A stretch of 61,618 nucleotides of DNA, counting the filler, from Chiloscyllium plagiosum (Eukaryota), in NCBI RefSeq assembly GCF_004010195.1. It is 4 parts of one record of this genome, joined end to end, with 100 filler letters (N's around TTAATTAATTAA, not from the genome) between each part and the next. Parts side by side here need not be neighbours in the genome. Positions count along the whole stretch, not along the records: positions 1 to 23,517 come from NC_057715.1; positions 23,618 to 51,482 come from NC_057715.1; 2 more parts are not named here. One strand, written 5' to 3'. The position numbers and the translations under genes were made by a program. The notes beneath the pieces were generated by a model that made no database searches, was not told the DNA's origin, and saw only the letters and a list, made by a program, of their open reading frames with translations. This document shows positions 13,460 through 26,650 of the stretch, piece after piece. Numbering within the stretch: the stretch's first letter is position 1; the number at the start of each line of letters is the position of its first letter.

Positions 13460-13857
13460 AAAATCCATGTGCGCTGGGACAACCCAAGCTTGAAAATTTC
13501 AGTGTTATTTACCCTGTTACTGTCTCTCCATGCAGCCGGGGCTGTGAGTTCTAACATCAAGAGTGGACTTTGAGCTCAAACCACTTGGATTCAGCATACC
13601 AATAAAAGTTGAAAATTTGCCAATATGGAGAAGTTTTACCATTGCAGTGAGTTCGTCAGCTAGGAGTTTTCAGGAGTCAGACAGGAAGATAGGAGTCAGC
13701 ATGGATTGAAGATTTTGGGCTCTAACCTTGTGGAACCCCTGATTTCATGGTGCTCTTAGCTCAGAAGTGAAACCTCAGTGTGACAGATAACTCAGCACCA
13801 TTGTGTGTCTGTGAAAGTACAACACTCTCTCAATTCCTCCTGTTTATTATTAAACAG

Positions 13858-13940
13858 CTAGCACCAGAAAACACATTGATGTCATTTGAGAAGACGATAG
13901 AACATGGAGCAGACGGTCTGGAGACTGATGTCACCATTAG
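13858..13940 (+). CDS. GDPD4: GDPD4 exon ([28 protein letters not shown])
   Basis: acAG/GTaagg; APENT and E-x-D metal-binding motifs; 83 bp, phase 0 to 2. Confidence 0.95.
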
Positions 13941-16217
13941 GTAAGGTGTTGCTTCTGCAGTTCCCACCTTCTAAAAGTCACCCACTGTGCTGCCAACTGA
14001 GGAAATGATGTTCTGTGCCAGATGGAGTACAGAAACCATTGGTAGCTTTGCCATCTTTGAAAATGTATTGACCTTGTAGGACAGTTTTTTTATTTTATTC
14101 ATTCTTGGGACATGAGTGTCACTGGCCAGGCCCAGCATTTATTGCTTGTCCCTAGTTGCCCCTTGAGAAGGTGGGGGTGAGCTGCCTTCTTGAACCACAG
14201 CAGTCTTGCAGGATTTTGACCCAGGGACACTGAATCACAGAATTATCACAGCGCAGAATTCAGTCCATCGTCATTGTTCTATTACCTAGTGCCAACCTCC
14301 TGCCTTATCCCTGCACACCATTACTGTCCAAATAACCAGCCAATGCCCCTCTTGAATGTCTTGGTTGAACCTGCTGCACCACATTTTACAGGAGAGGTGG
14401 ATAGACTGGGTAACTAAGGGGGTGAAAGGTTATTGGGAAGGTGGAGTAATCACATCAGCGAGATCTTTATTGATTAGCGGGTGACTAGGCTAGAGGGACC
14501 TTCTCTACTATACACAGTAGATCACAGTAGATCTCCATCTATGCTCCATCCACTGACTTTGGTTCACACCCTTTTCATTCCCTGACAGGTTAAAGGCAGT
14601 CAAAATCAGTTTTGAAGATAGCAATCAATTTGTCTGCGGAGAGGGAATTCTAGATGTCCCTTTCATGTGACAAAGGGCTTCCTGATACCACTGCTGAACG
14701 GCTTACTGTTAATCTTAATGATCTGGGCAACCTATTCCCCACTTCCCCAACTAACAGGTCAGCTGGGAGCCCACCCATGAGCAAGCCACTGTCCCCCTGC
14801 CATATTGCACCTGATGGGGGCATTAGTTAGCCCAGGGCAAGACTTCATCATGTGCGGATATCCCGCCTCAGAGAACTGTCAGGTGATCTGATTGGACAGC
14901 AGCTCTGTTCCAGTGGCGCCAGGTTTGAGCGGTGGGCCTTCACTGGAACTGCAGCCATTCCCTAAAGAAGAGGCAACGTTAGATCTGGGGCATGGGTCAG
15001 ACACCCATGGGGCAGGGGGAGCTGTGTTTGAAAGGTGGACAGATCGAAAGCTCAATGGGAGGATGGACATTGGGACTATTTGCGGGAAGGTGGGGTGGTG
15101 GTAGTTGGGGGTGGGAGTGGGGAATGCCTCTTGTATTTCAAAGGAAATGGAAATGCTTTGGGAAAGTGTCATTGAAATGGATGATCAACCCTGATCGAAA
15201 TGAATGGTGGAGCAGATTTGAGGGCTGAATGGCCTGCTACTGCACCTGCCATCCTCTATATGCATGTCTGCTTTGACTGCTGTATTGGTTCTTAGATTGA
15301 TGAGACTGTACAGTTTCGACCCAGTTCCTTGTAAACATTGATGCTGTAGGGATTCCAGGTTATAGTTTAGGAAGAAGTGAGATTTCCTATTTTGGCTGTA
15401 CAGGACATTGGTTAGCCACTGTTGCAATACTCTTTCAATTCTGGTCTCCCTGCAATAAGAAGGATGTTGTGAAACGTGAAAGGGTTCAGAAAAGATTTAC
15501 AAGGATGTTCATGGGTTAGAGGGTTTGTGCTATAGGGAGAAGCTGAATAGGCTGGAGCGTCGGAGGCTTTGAACCTTACAGAGATTTATAAAATCATGAG
15601 GGTCATAGATAGGGTGAATAGAAAAGATCTTTTTTCAGGGTCAGGAGTCCACAACTAGAGGGCATAGGTTTAGGGTGAGGGGGGAAAGATTTGAAGGGGA
15701 CCTAAAGAGCAACGTTTTCCCACAGAGGGTGGTACGTGTATGGAATGAGCTGCCCGAGGAAGTGGTAGAGGCTGGTACAATTACAACATTTAAAAAGCAT
15801 CCAGATGGGTACATGAATAAGAAGGATTTAGAGGGATAAGGGCAAAGTGCTGGCAAATGGGATAGATTCATTTAGGTGGTCAGCATGGATGAGTTGGACT
15901 GAAGGGTCTATTTCCATGCTGTACAGCTTTAGAACTCTATGACAGGAAGACGAGAAAAGCAGAATATTATTTCAATGGAGAGAGATCACTGAATGAGGCG
16001 ATACAGATGGATCTGGGTGTCCTTGTGCATGGATCTTAAAATGTCAGCCCACAGATAAAGGGTCAAGAGTGTGGTGCTGGAAAGGCACAGCAGGTCAGGC
16101 AGTATCTGAGGTGCAGGATAATCAATGTTTCAGGCATAAGCCCTATATCAAGTAATGAAGAGGGTAAATGGAATGTTGGCTGTTATTTTAACGGGAACAT
16201 GTATAGAGAGAGAGAAG

Positions 16218-16606
16218 TGGGTGTAGGTTTGCTCGCTGAGCTGGAAGTTTCATTTTCAGACGTTTCGTCACCTTACTAGGTAACATCTTCAGTGAACCTC
16301 CAGACAAAGCACTGCTGATGATTCCTACTTTCTATTTATACGTTTGGGAAATCCAAACATATAAATTGAAAGCAGGAATCATCAGCAGTGCTTCGTCTGA
16401 AGGCTCACTGTAGATGTTACCTTGGCAAAAGTGAGGACTGCATATGCTGGAAATCAGAGTCTAGATTAGAGTATTGTGGAAAAGCACAGCAGGTCAGGCA
16501 GCATCCGAGGAGCAGGACGAAACACCTGGAAATGAACCTTATAGCTCTGCGAGCAAACCTACATCCAGAACCTCAACCTGAGCTACAAATCTTCTCAAAG
16601 CTCGCT
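16218..16606. mobile_element. Third palindromic PLE-derived family; right arm interrupted by a fragment of the first family (~16422-16515)
   Basis: Inverted arms centred near 16349; hammerhead core in each arm. Confidence 0.7.
16255..16296 (-). ncRNA. Minimal hammerhead ribozyme, different PLE family
   Basis: Minus strand: TTCA-CTGAAGA-T-GTTACC(TAGTAA)GGTGAC-GAAAC-GTC-TGAA. Confidence 0.75.
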
Positions 16607-16807
16607 AAGGGAGGGAAGTCTGTAGAGGACATTGGTGAGACCATCCCTGTGTTAGGTCTCAATCCTTATTTTTTGGAATTCACTCATTAGAAAGCAGCAA
16701 GGGCTGGATCATTGAATATATTGAAGGTCAAGTTAGACAGAGTTTTGATGCACAAGGAAGCCAAGGGTCATACAGTTGGAGCAGGCAGGGAAGAAGGCTG
16801 AGGGGGG

Positions 16808-17044
16808 AGCAAATTACTGCAGATGCTGGAATCTGTACTGAAAACAACAAATGCTGGAGATGACAGCGGGTCAGACAGCATCCAGGGAGAGACAGCAAGC
16901 TCATGTTTTGAGTCTAGATGGCTCTTCATCAGAGCTGAAGTGACGGTAATTCTGATAAAGAGTCACGCAGCTTTGAAACGTTAGCTTGCTCTCTCTCCAT
17001 GGATGCTGCCTGATCTGCTGATCTCTCGCATTTGTTGTTTTCCA
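16808..17044. mobile_element. Fourth inverted-repeat PLE-derived family with decayed hammerhead cores
   Basis: AAAACAACAAATGC...GCATTTGTTGTTTT inverted arms; CTGATGAAGAG (- strand) and CTGATAAAGAG...GAAACGTT (+ strand). Confidence 0.6.
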
Positions 17045-17124
17045 GGCTGAGAGGGGGACCTGATTGAAGTTGTACAAACCTCTAAGTGACATAGACACAG
17101 TTGATAGGGAGAAGCAATAGATAG

Positions 17125-17460
17125 GTGAGGCAATGGCATAGTGGTATTATCACTAGGCTATTAATCACAGCGGAGCCCCCAGTAATGACCCAGTGACACA
17201 GTTTCAAATCCCACCATGGCAGATAGTGGAATTTGGATTCAATTAAAAATCGGGAATGAAGAGTCTAATGATAACGACAAAACTAGTTTCAATTGCCCAA
17301 GGGGACAGGAAACCATCTGGTTCACTAATGTCCTTCAGGGAAGGAAACTGTCATCCTTACCTGGTCTGGCCTACATGTGACTCCAGACCCTCAGCGATGT
17401 GGTTGACTCTTAACTGTCATCTGGGTAATAAGTGATACCCATGTCCTGTGAATGAATATA
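17125..17460 (+). mobile_element. Second tRNA-derived SINE family. Other copies at ~2420-2640+, 5935-6300-, 7170-7510+, 11060-11400+, 20230-20625-, 36795-37275+, 45420-45615+, 50610-50885-
   Basis: Pol III-like head TGGCATAGTGG...TTCAAATCCCACC, shared core GGAAGGAAA.TG.CATCCTTACCTGGTCTGGCCTACATGTGACTCCAGACC; family tail resembles LINE 3' ends at 26270-26345 and 49900-49990. Confidence 0.75.
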
Positions 17461-18281
17461 AAAAAACCATTTCTGCTTTGGAGAAGTGTCAATGATCGGC
17501 GGTGGGGGGGACAGTTTTGAGGGAAGGATTTGAAGAAAAACGTTTTCATCCGGGGATTTTGGATATCTGAAAATCACTGCCAAAAAGAGTGGTAAAGGTA
17601 GCAACACTCAAGCTATTTACAAGCTATTGAGGTGAGCATTTGAAATGCCACAGCAGAGAAGATTATAGACCAAATATTGGAAAATGGGATTAAAATGGAT
17701 ATTTGGTGACTGGTGGGGACATGATGGGCTGAAGGCTCTCTTTCATGCTGTAATGACTCTCTGATATGGTGGGTCAGTGGTTAGCACTGCTGCCTCACAG
17801 CGCCAGGGACCTTCGTTTGATTCTAGCCTTGCATCACTGTCTGTGTGGAGTTTGCACATTCTCCTCGTGTCTGCGTGGGTTTCCTCTGAGCGCTCCGGTT
17901 CCCTCCCACAGTCCAAAGATGTGCTGGTTAGGGTGGATTGGCCATTGGAAATGCAAGATTACAGGGATAGTGGGGGAGTGGGGAGGGTCTGGATGGGGTG
18001 CTCTTCAGAGGGTCGGTGTGGACGCAATGGGCTGAATGGCCTTCTTCCACGCTGTAGGGATTCTTTGGGCCACAATCCAATCAGTTGCAAGTAGTGCTTA
18101 TCGGCTGTGATGTTTGACTGCTTATTTCGATGGACATAAACGATTTCACTGGACTGTTTGAATGGCAAGGCATTTTCAATGGGCTGAATGGCCTGTGCTT
18201 GTTTCTTATGATGCCATGACAATTCCATGTCTCCAGTTCGAAGGCAATTCTCGATGTGCAATCTTTCTCATTGTTTAACAG

Positions 18282-18432
18282 TTGGGATGGAGTGCCGTTC
18301 CTCATGCACGATCAAACGCTGAGAAGGACCACCAACATTGAAGAGGTGTTCCCGAGCAACAAGACGAAGAATGCAGCCTCCTTTATTTGGAATGAACTGG
18401 CAGAACTGAATGCAGGGAAATGGTTCCTCCAG
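18282..18432 (+). CDS. GDPD4: GDPD4 exon (WDGVPFLMHDQTLRRTTNIEEVFPSNKTKNAASFIWNELAELNAGKWFLQ)
   Basis: acAG/GTgggc; HD catalytic motif; 151 bp, phase 2 to 0. Confidence 0.95.
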
Positions 18433-18839
18433 GTGGGCCACACTGCAGGGGTGACAGGTCAACACATTCAGATATGACTAAGCTGGTAGCCAAGGGAGCG
18501 GATTTCCCTCTTGTCTCGTAGATGTCAGGCCTTTGGCATGTTGCTATAAAATGTAAGAGAAATATTGAAACTCAGTGGAAGCATATCCACAGAACTCAAA
18601 ACAACTGCATTTACCACAGAGTAAATGATTGCTATCTGTAAACAGGAGCACAGACAAAGCCAGTCTTTTGGGGTAATTTTTCTGTGCTGTAAGCTTGGTT
18701 GGGTAAACAGCGATCACCACATGATCGCAGGTTTTAAAGGTCAACAGTGTGGGCAAATAAAAAGATCTTGCTTTGTTTGTGTTTCGCCCTGTCCCACAAT
18801 GCTCCATTTCTAACTTGGCCTCATCGTTTCCCTGAACAG

Positions 18840-19061
18840 GACAACCCCTTCGGAACGAAACATTTGTTGTCACGTGAGGATAGGGCGAAGGCCAACAGGC
18901 AGTCGGTCTGTCAGCTCAGTGAGCTCCTCAAGCTGGCTGCTGCCCATGGGAAGTCCGTCATCTTTGACCTGTTCAGGCCTCCCCACAAGCACCCGTACCG
19001 AAACAGCTTCATACACCAGACTGTCACCACCATCCAGAGGTCTGGCATCAACGAGAGCTTG
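18840..19061 (+). CDS. GDPD4: GDPD4 exon (DNPFGTKHLLSREDRAKANRQSVCQLSELLKLAAAHGKSVIFDLFRPPHKHPYRNSFIHQTVTTIQRSGINESL)
   Basis: acAG/GTaatg; 222 bp, phase 0 to 0; GDPD4/5-like sequence. Confidence 0.95.
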
Positions 19062-22000
19062 GTAATGACACTTCACTCACTTGGCTTTCTCCAACTTTAA
19101 TTGGATAGATGTGAGGTATTACATTTAGTAAAACAAAGAAGGGCTGGACATATACAACTAATGCTTGGGCCCTAGGTAGTTTTGAAGAACAGAGAGACCT
19201 AGGAGTTCACATTTATATCTTTATGAAGTTTGCATCACAGGGAGACTGGGTGGTTGAGAAGGCATATAGCACCCTTGCCTTCATTGCTCAGACCATTGAG
19301 TATAGGAGTTGGAACGTCATGTTGGGGATGTACAGGACATTGGTGAGGCCTCTTCTGGTATACTGTGTCCAGTACTGGTCCCCCTGTTATAGAAAGGAAA
19401 TTATTAAGCTGGAGAGGGTTCCGAAAAGATTTACCAGGCTGTTGCTGGGAACGGAGGGTTTGAGTTACAAGGAGAAGTTGAATAGACTGGAACTTTTTCA
19501 CTGGCGTGTCGGAGATTTCAGGGTGACCTTATTGAGGTTTATAAATTCATGTGGGGTATAGATAAGATGAATGACTATTGATTTCCAGACAAGGGCATAT
19601 TTTTAAGGTGAGAGTAAAAAGATTTTAAAAAGACATGAAGGCAATTTTGTTTACGCACAGGGTGGTTCTTGTGTGGAGTGAACTTCCAGGGGAAGTGGTG
19701 GATATGGCGACGGTTACAACGTTTAAAAGATATTTGAATAAGTACATGAATAGGAAAGGTTGGAGGGATATGGGCCAAGCGCAGGCAGGTGGGACTAGTT
19801 TAGTTTGGGGTTATGGTCGGCATGGACTGGTTGGACCGAAGGGTCTGTTTCCATGCTGTATGACCCTATGATTCTATAACTGAAGGATTTCTGCTCATTC
19901 CTCATTGACAGAAATGGTTGAAACCTTGAAGAAATTCATCCCATTATTTGTATAGATTTTGACTTCCCCCTTTTAAATAATTGTCTCTGTCCTCATTCTT
20001 ACTCTCTCATCCCTCTCTCTATCTCTTCCCTTTCTACTTTCTCCTGCCTGGTTCAGCTGATGGCTCTGGGCAGCGCTCCGTGAACACTCCACCCTGTGAG
20101 GTGATGTTTATTCGTTGAGGTGCTCCCTGCATAAATGATTCCCTGGGACTCCCTCAGTAAAATTACAGGAGACTCCAGCTGGGTAGCATCTATTTTCAAC
20201 CAACATACAAATGTAAGACTTTGCTATTGCTCTTTCTTGGGGTGAGGAGTCAAGGTCAGCAATTGTTGTCTGCCTCTAATTGCCCTTGAATTGGGATGTT
20301 GCTGAACAATTTTAGAGGGCAGTTAAAAGTTAACCATGTTGCTGTGGGTCCGGAGTCACGTGTAGATCAGACCAGACAAGGTCAGAAGATTTCTTTTCCT
20401 AAAGGACATTAGTGAACTGGATGGGTTTTTAAAAATGACAATTATAGAGTCGCAGAGTCAAACAGCTCAGGATTGATGCTAGCTTTCCATTCCTGAGACT
20501 AGCTTTCAGTTCTAAAAAAATTACAGAATTTAATTTCAAGAAGTCACTGTTGTGGGATTTGAATTCATGCGCAGAACTTTAATCTGTGGTTTAACATTAC
20601 TAATAACATTACCACTTTGTCAGCATCGTTCCCATGATAGTTCAGTCTGTACGGTCCCTTAAGACATCTCTGCCAAGCAATACCTCATAGCTGATTCACC
20701 ACTAACATGGAAGATAGGAGCAGGAGTAGGCCATTCAGCCCTTCGAGCCTGCTCCACCATTCAATGTGATCAGGGCTGATCATCCAACTCCTGTCCCTGT
20801 TCCTGTCGTCTTTCTATATGGTTTTAATCTCTTTAGCCCTAAGGGCTACGCCTAATTCCTTCTTGAATACATTCAATGTTTTGGCCTCGATCACTTTTGT
20901 GGCAGAGAATTCCAATCTCTGGGTGAAGAAGTTTCTACTCATCTGATTCCTCAGTGGGCAAAAGTGAGGACTGCAGATGCTGGAGATCAGAGTCAAGGTT
21001 AGAGTGGTGCTGGAAAAACACAGCAGGTCAGGCAGCATTCCTGATGAAGGGCATTTGTCCGAAACATTGATTTTCCTGCTCCTCGTATGCTGCCTGACCT
21101 GCTGGGCTTTTCCAGCACCACTATAATCTTGAGTCCTCAGTTGTCTACTCCATGTCCTTAACCTGTGACCCCTGGTTCTGGACTCTCCAATCTTCAGAAA
21201 CATCCTTCCTGTGTTTACCCTGTTTGGTCCTGTTAGAATTTTAAAGATTTTTGTGAGATCCCCTTCATTGTTCTAAACTCCAGTCTGAACCAATGTAGTC
21301 CCTCTTCATCAAAAACACCCCAAAACCGTCAATTCTATTCCACTTGATGGAATTTCATTTAGATAAACGCAAGGTGCTGCATTTTGGGAAAGCAAATTTT
21401 AGCAGGACTTATGCACTTTATGGTCAGGTCCGAGGGAGAGTTGCTGAACAAAGAGACTTTGAAGTGCAGGTTTTTAGCTCCTTGAAAGTAGAGTGGCAGG
21501 TGGATAAGATAATGAAGGCAGTGTTTGGTATGCTTTCCTTTATTGGTCAGAGTTTTGAGTATTGACATTGAGAGGTCATGTTGCGGCTGTACAGGACATT
21601 GGTTAGGCCACTGTTGGAATATTGCATGCAATTCTGGTCTCCTTCCTATCGGAAGGATGTTGTGAAACTTGAAAGAGTTCAGAAAAGATTTACAAGGAGG
21701 TTGCCAGGGTTAGAGGATTTGAGCTACAGGGAGAGGCTGAATAGGCTGGGGCTGTTTTCCCTGGAGCATCAGAGGCTGAGGGGTGACCTTATCGAAAATC
21801 ATGTTTATAAAATCATGAGGGGCATGGATAGATGAAATAGGCAAAGTCTTTTCCTTGGGGTGGGGGAAGCCCAGAACTAGAGGGCACAGGGTATAGTATG
21901 AGAGGGGAAAGATATGAAAGAGACCTAAGGGGCAACATTTTCACTCAGAGGGTGGTACGTGAATGGAATGAGCTGTCAGAGGAAGTGGTGGAGGCTGGTA

Positions 22001-23321
22001 CAATTGCAACATTTAAAATGCAGCTCGATGGGTATGTGAATGGGAAGGGTTGGAGGGATATGGGCAAAGTGCTGGCCAAAGAGACTAGAGTAGCTTAGGA
22101 TATCTGGTCGGCATGGATGGGTTGGACCAAAGGGTCTGTTTCCATGCTGTACATCTGTATGTATGTATGACTGTATTGTTCAATTCCAACTTCCCACATT
22201 ATCCCCATATCCTTTAATTCCCTTTGTTCCTATAGCTTTGTGATGTAGAAAATTAAGAAGTTCACAATGCTTTGTTAAAGATAGAATCCGTACAGTGTGG
22301 AAGCAGGCCATTTGGCCCATCAAGTCCACACCAATGCTCTGAACAGCATCCCACCCAGACCTATTCCCTTACTTTATCCCTGTAACCCTGTATTTCCCAT
22401 GGCTAACCCACCTTGCCCGCACATCCCTGGACACTATGGACAATTTAGCACAGCCAATCCACCTAAGCTGCACACCTTTGGATTGTGGGAGGAAACTCCT
22501 GCAGACACAGGGGAATGTACAAACTCCACACAGCCAGTCACCTGAGGCTGGAATCAAACCCAGGTCCCTGGCACAGTGAAGCAGCAGTGCTAACCACTGA
22601 GCCACCATGCCACCCCATCTCAATCCAAAATGGAGAGCACTAGACTCTGTGGATTGTTGCTCTTTAACATCTCAGTATGTATCCTCCAGGTCCCTTTGAA
22701 CCTGATATTTTTCAATAGTCACCTCTCATTCCTTTAACCCTCGAGAACATAATCCTGATCTTCTCAATACCCCATCAAAAAGCTCCAATTCTTGCATTCC
22801 CACAAGGCATTAATCTGTCTGTAGTCCCTCATCAGTGCCAGATTACCTAGCCCACTAACATGCAGTAGAGAGGTTTCTTTTGCTGCAGTGGTGATGTCCT
22901 GACCTCTGGGTCAACATGTCTTGGTTCAAGTCCCACTTGCTCTCGAGTGTGTGTTGTAACAGGTTGATTAAAAACAACTTTTGGAAACAGAAACTGCTAG
23001 AGAAACTCAGCTGGACTAGTGACATCTGTGGACAGAGAAAACAGAGTTAATGTTTTGAGTCAGGTGACCCTTCTTCGGGACTGGAGAGAGATGGAAAAGA
23101 GATGGGTTTTATGGTGTTCTCATCCAGGCAAGTGCGGAGTATTCCATCACACACTCCTGAGCTTGTAGATGGTGGACAGGCTTTGGGGAGTCAGGAGGTG
23201 AGTTACTTGCCGCAGCATTCCTAGCCTCTGACCGGCTCTTGTAGCCACTGTGTTTATCATAGAATCATATAATCCCTACAAGTTTGGAATCAGGCCCTTT
23301 GGCCAAACAATTCTGTATTGA

Positions 23322-23948
23322 GAGAAAGTGAGGGCTGCAGATGCTGGAGATCAGAGCTGAAAATGTGTTGCTGGAAAAGCACAGCAGGTCAGGCAGCATC
23401 CAAGGAACAGGAGAATCGACGTTTCGGGCATAAGCCCTTCTTCAGGAATGAGGAAAGTGTGTCCAGCAGGCTAAGATAAAAGGTAGGGAGGAGGGACTTG
23501 GGGGAGGGGCATTGGAANNNNNNNNNNNNNNNNNNNNNNNNNNNNNNNNNNNNNNNNNNNNTTAATTAATTAANNNNNNNNNNNNNNNNNNNNNNNNNNN
23601 NNNNNNNNNNNNNNNNNTGTCAAGGAGAAAGTGAGGGCTGCAGATGCTGGAGATCAGAGCTGAAAATGTGTTGCTGGAAAAGTGCAGCAGGTCAGGAAGA
23701 AGATTGCAGGTTAGGAAGGTGCCCCACCTCTCCGCCCCCACCCCACTCCGGCCTATCACCCTCACCTTGACCTCCCTCCACCTATCGCATTTCCAAAGCC
23801 CCTCCCACAAGTCCCTCCTCCCTACCTTTTGTCTTAGCCTGCTGGACACACTTTCCTCATTCCTGAAGAAGGGCTTATGCCCGAAACATCGATTCTCCTG
23901 TTCCTTGGATGCTGCCTGACCTGCTGTGCTTTTCCAGCAACACATTTT
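23322..23948. mobile_element. PLE insertion spanning an assembly gap, with inverted terminal repeats and a 14-bp TSD
   Basis: CAATTCTGTATTGA at 23308-23321 and 23949-23962; hammerhead cores at 23418-23445 (-) and 23863-23890 (+). Confidence 0.8.
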
Positions 23949-24361
23949 CAATTCTGTATTGACCCTACTTATGTATACTGCTCCACCATTCAAGATGTCC
24001 ATCCAACCTAGTCCCTGTTCCTGCGTTCTCCCCACCCCTTTAGCCCTCAGAATGAAATCTAACTCCTTAAAAACATTCAAAGTTTTAGCCTCAATTGCTT
24101 TCTGAGGCAGAGAATTCCACTCTCTGAATGAAGAAATGTCTCCTCATCTCAGTCCTAAATGGTCTACCCCGTATCCCTTGATCTGGACTCCCTGGTTATT
24201 GGGAACATGCTTCCTGCATTTAATCTTGTCTAGATCTGTTAGAATTTGATCCATTTCTCTGAGATCCACCCTAATTTTTCTAACTGTGGTGGCAGTGGAG
24301 AAATTGCCACATGGTTAGATGGGGTTAAAGTTCACAGGATATTTCCTATTATTTGTTGCAG

Positions 24362-24519
24362 GTTCTCTGGTTGCCCAATGCGATGAGATCATTTGTGCAG
24401 CAGATGATGCCTGGATTTGTGCACATTCACGGAGGAAAGAAGCCCATCAAAGAGTTACAGGAGGACAAAATTGACAAACTCAACATACGCTACAGTGAGA
24501 TTTCCAGCAAAGAGATCAG
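24362..24519 (+). CDS. GDPD4: GDPD4 exon (VLWLPNAMRSFVQQMMPGFVHIHGGKKPIKELQEDKIDKLNIRYSEISSKEIR)
   Basis: gcAG/GTtagc; 158 bp, phase 0 to 2. Confidence 0.95.
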
Positions 24520-24861
24520 GTTAGCAACAACTTACACTCTTATCACATCTTTTAACAAGCTCACAAGTCAGATGACACCAGGTTATAGTCCAACAGGCCT
24601 ATTTGAAATCTCAAGCTTTCTAAGTGCTGCCCCTTCATCAGGTTCACCATTTCCAACTCCTCAGATACTGAAGCAGACCTTGTCCAAGTACAATAAAATC
24701 TGGACAATATCCAGGCTTGGGCAAGTAACATTTGTGCCCACAAGTATTAACCATCTCCAATAAGAGACAATCTAACCATCACCCCTTGTTATTCAATGGC
24801 AATACCGTTACTGAAACACCCATTATCAACATCCTGGGGTTTCCATTGACCAGAAACGGAA

Positions 24862-25780
24862 GTGCTAAAAATGTGTTGCTGGAAAAGCGCAGCAGGTCAG
24901 GCAGCATCCAAGGAACAGGAGAATCGACGTTTCGGGTATAAGCCCTTCTTCAGGAATGAGGAAAGTGTGTCCAGCAGGCTAAGATAAAAGGTAGGGAGGA
25001 GGGACTTGGGGGAGGGGCATTGGAAATGCGATAGGTGGAGGGAGGTCAAGGTGAGGGTGATAGGCCGGAGTGGGGTGGGGGCGGAGAGGTCAGGAAGAAG
25101 ATTGCAGGTTAGGAAGGCAGTGCTGAGTTCGAGTGATTTGACTGAGACAAGGTGGGGGGAGGGGAAATGAGGAAACTGGAGAAATCTGAGTTCATCCCTT
25201 GTGGTTGGAGGATTTCCAGGCAGAAGATGAGGCGCTCTTCCTCCAACCGTCGTGTTGCCATGGTCTGGCGATGGAGGAGTCCAAGGACCTACATGTCCTC
25301 GGTGGAGTGGGAGGGGGAGTTAAAGTGTTGGGCTACGGGGTGGTTGGGTTGGTTGGTCCGGGTGTCCCAGAGGTGTTCTCTGAAACGTTCCGCAAGTAGG
25401 CGGCCTGTCTCCCCAATATAGAGGAGGCCACATCGGGTGCAGCAGATGCAATAGATGATGTGTGTGGAGGTGCAGGTGAATTTGTGGTGGATATGGAAGT
25501 GTCCCTTGGGGCCTTGGAGAGAAGTAAGAGGGGAGGTGTGGGTGCAAGTTTTGCATTTCTTGCGGTTGCAAGGGAAGGTGCCAGGAGTGGAGGGGGGTGT
25601 GGACTTGACGAGGGAGTCACGGAGGGAGTGGTCTTTTCAGAACCCTGATACGCGGAACGCGGAACCTAGACTACACATCCTCCCACCCTGCTCCTCGGAT
25701 GCTGCCTGACCAGCTGTGCTTTTCCAGCACCACACTTTTTGACTCTGACCTCCAACATCTGCAGTCCTCACTTTCTCCCA
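24862..25780 (-). mobile_element. Penelope-like retroelement (Neptune-type) 3' part: Cys-rich linker, GIY-YIG endonuclease with an in-frame stop, and terminal repeat; nested in a LINE (~24660-24860 and 25780-26350)
   Basis: Minus strand translates to PGTFPCNRKKCKTC...FTCTSTHIIYCICCTRCGLLYIGETGRLLAERFREH...VAQHFN; hammerhead core at 24926-24953. Confidence 0.9.
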
Positions 25781-26350
25781 TATAAATGTTAAGGGTGTAA
25801 GGGCAGGTCGGAAACTAGAAATATTGCAGTGAGTAACTGGCTCCCAAAATCCATCAAGGCACCAGTCAGGAGTGTCTTGGAATGCTCCCCACTTGCCTGG
25901 ATGGGTACAGCCCCAAAAACACTCAAGAAGCTTGACACCTTCCAGGACAAAGCAGCCCACTTGATTGACACCACATCCACAAACATCCATTCCCTCCACT
26001 ACCGACACTCAGTAGCAGCAGTGTGTACTATCTACAAGATGCACTGCAGATATTCACCAAAGATCCTTAGACAGCACCTTCCAAACCCATGGTCATATTC
26101 AGATCGAAGGGCAAGGGCAGCAGATACATGGGAACATCACCCCGTGTAACATCACCTCCAAGTCACTCACCAACCTGACTTGGAAATGTGTTGCTGTTCC
26201 TTCAGTGTCACTGGGTCAAAATCTTGGAATTACCTCCCTAAGGGACCCACCTATAGCACATAGACTGCAGCGGTTCAAGAAGGCAGCTCACCACCACCTT
26301 CTCATGAGGCAATAAACGCAGGTCTAGCCAGCGACACCGACATCACCCAA

Positions 26351-26650
26351 GATTAGATTAGATTAGATTACTTACAGTGTGGAAACAGGCCCTTCGGCCC
26401 AACAAGTCCACACCGACCCGCCGAAGCGCAACCCACCCATACCCCTACATTTACCCCTTACCTAACACTACGGGCAATTTAGCATGGCCAATTCACCTGA
26501 GCTACACATCTTTGGACTGTGGGAGGAAACCGGAGCACCTGGAGGAAACCCACGCAGACACGGGGAGAACATGCAAACTCCACACAGTCAGTCGCCTGAG
26601 GTGGGAATTGAACCTGGGTCTCTGGCGCTGTGAGGCAGCAGTGCTAACCA
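26351..26650 (-). mobile_element. Young HE1-like SINE subfamily; similar copies at 32091-32441+, 49055-49468-, 55117-55434-
   Basis: (GATTA)n tail and highly similar bodies among copies. Confidence 0.9.

Noticed and set aside
23518..23617. TTAATTAATTAA in the middle of N runs (also ~51483-51582 and ~58130-58229)
   Set aside because: Identical six-frame-stop linker centred in each gap: a scaffolding artefact, not biology.
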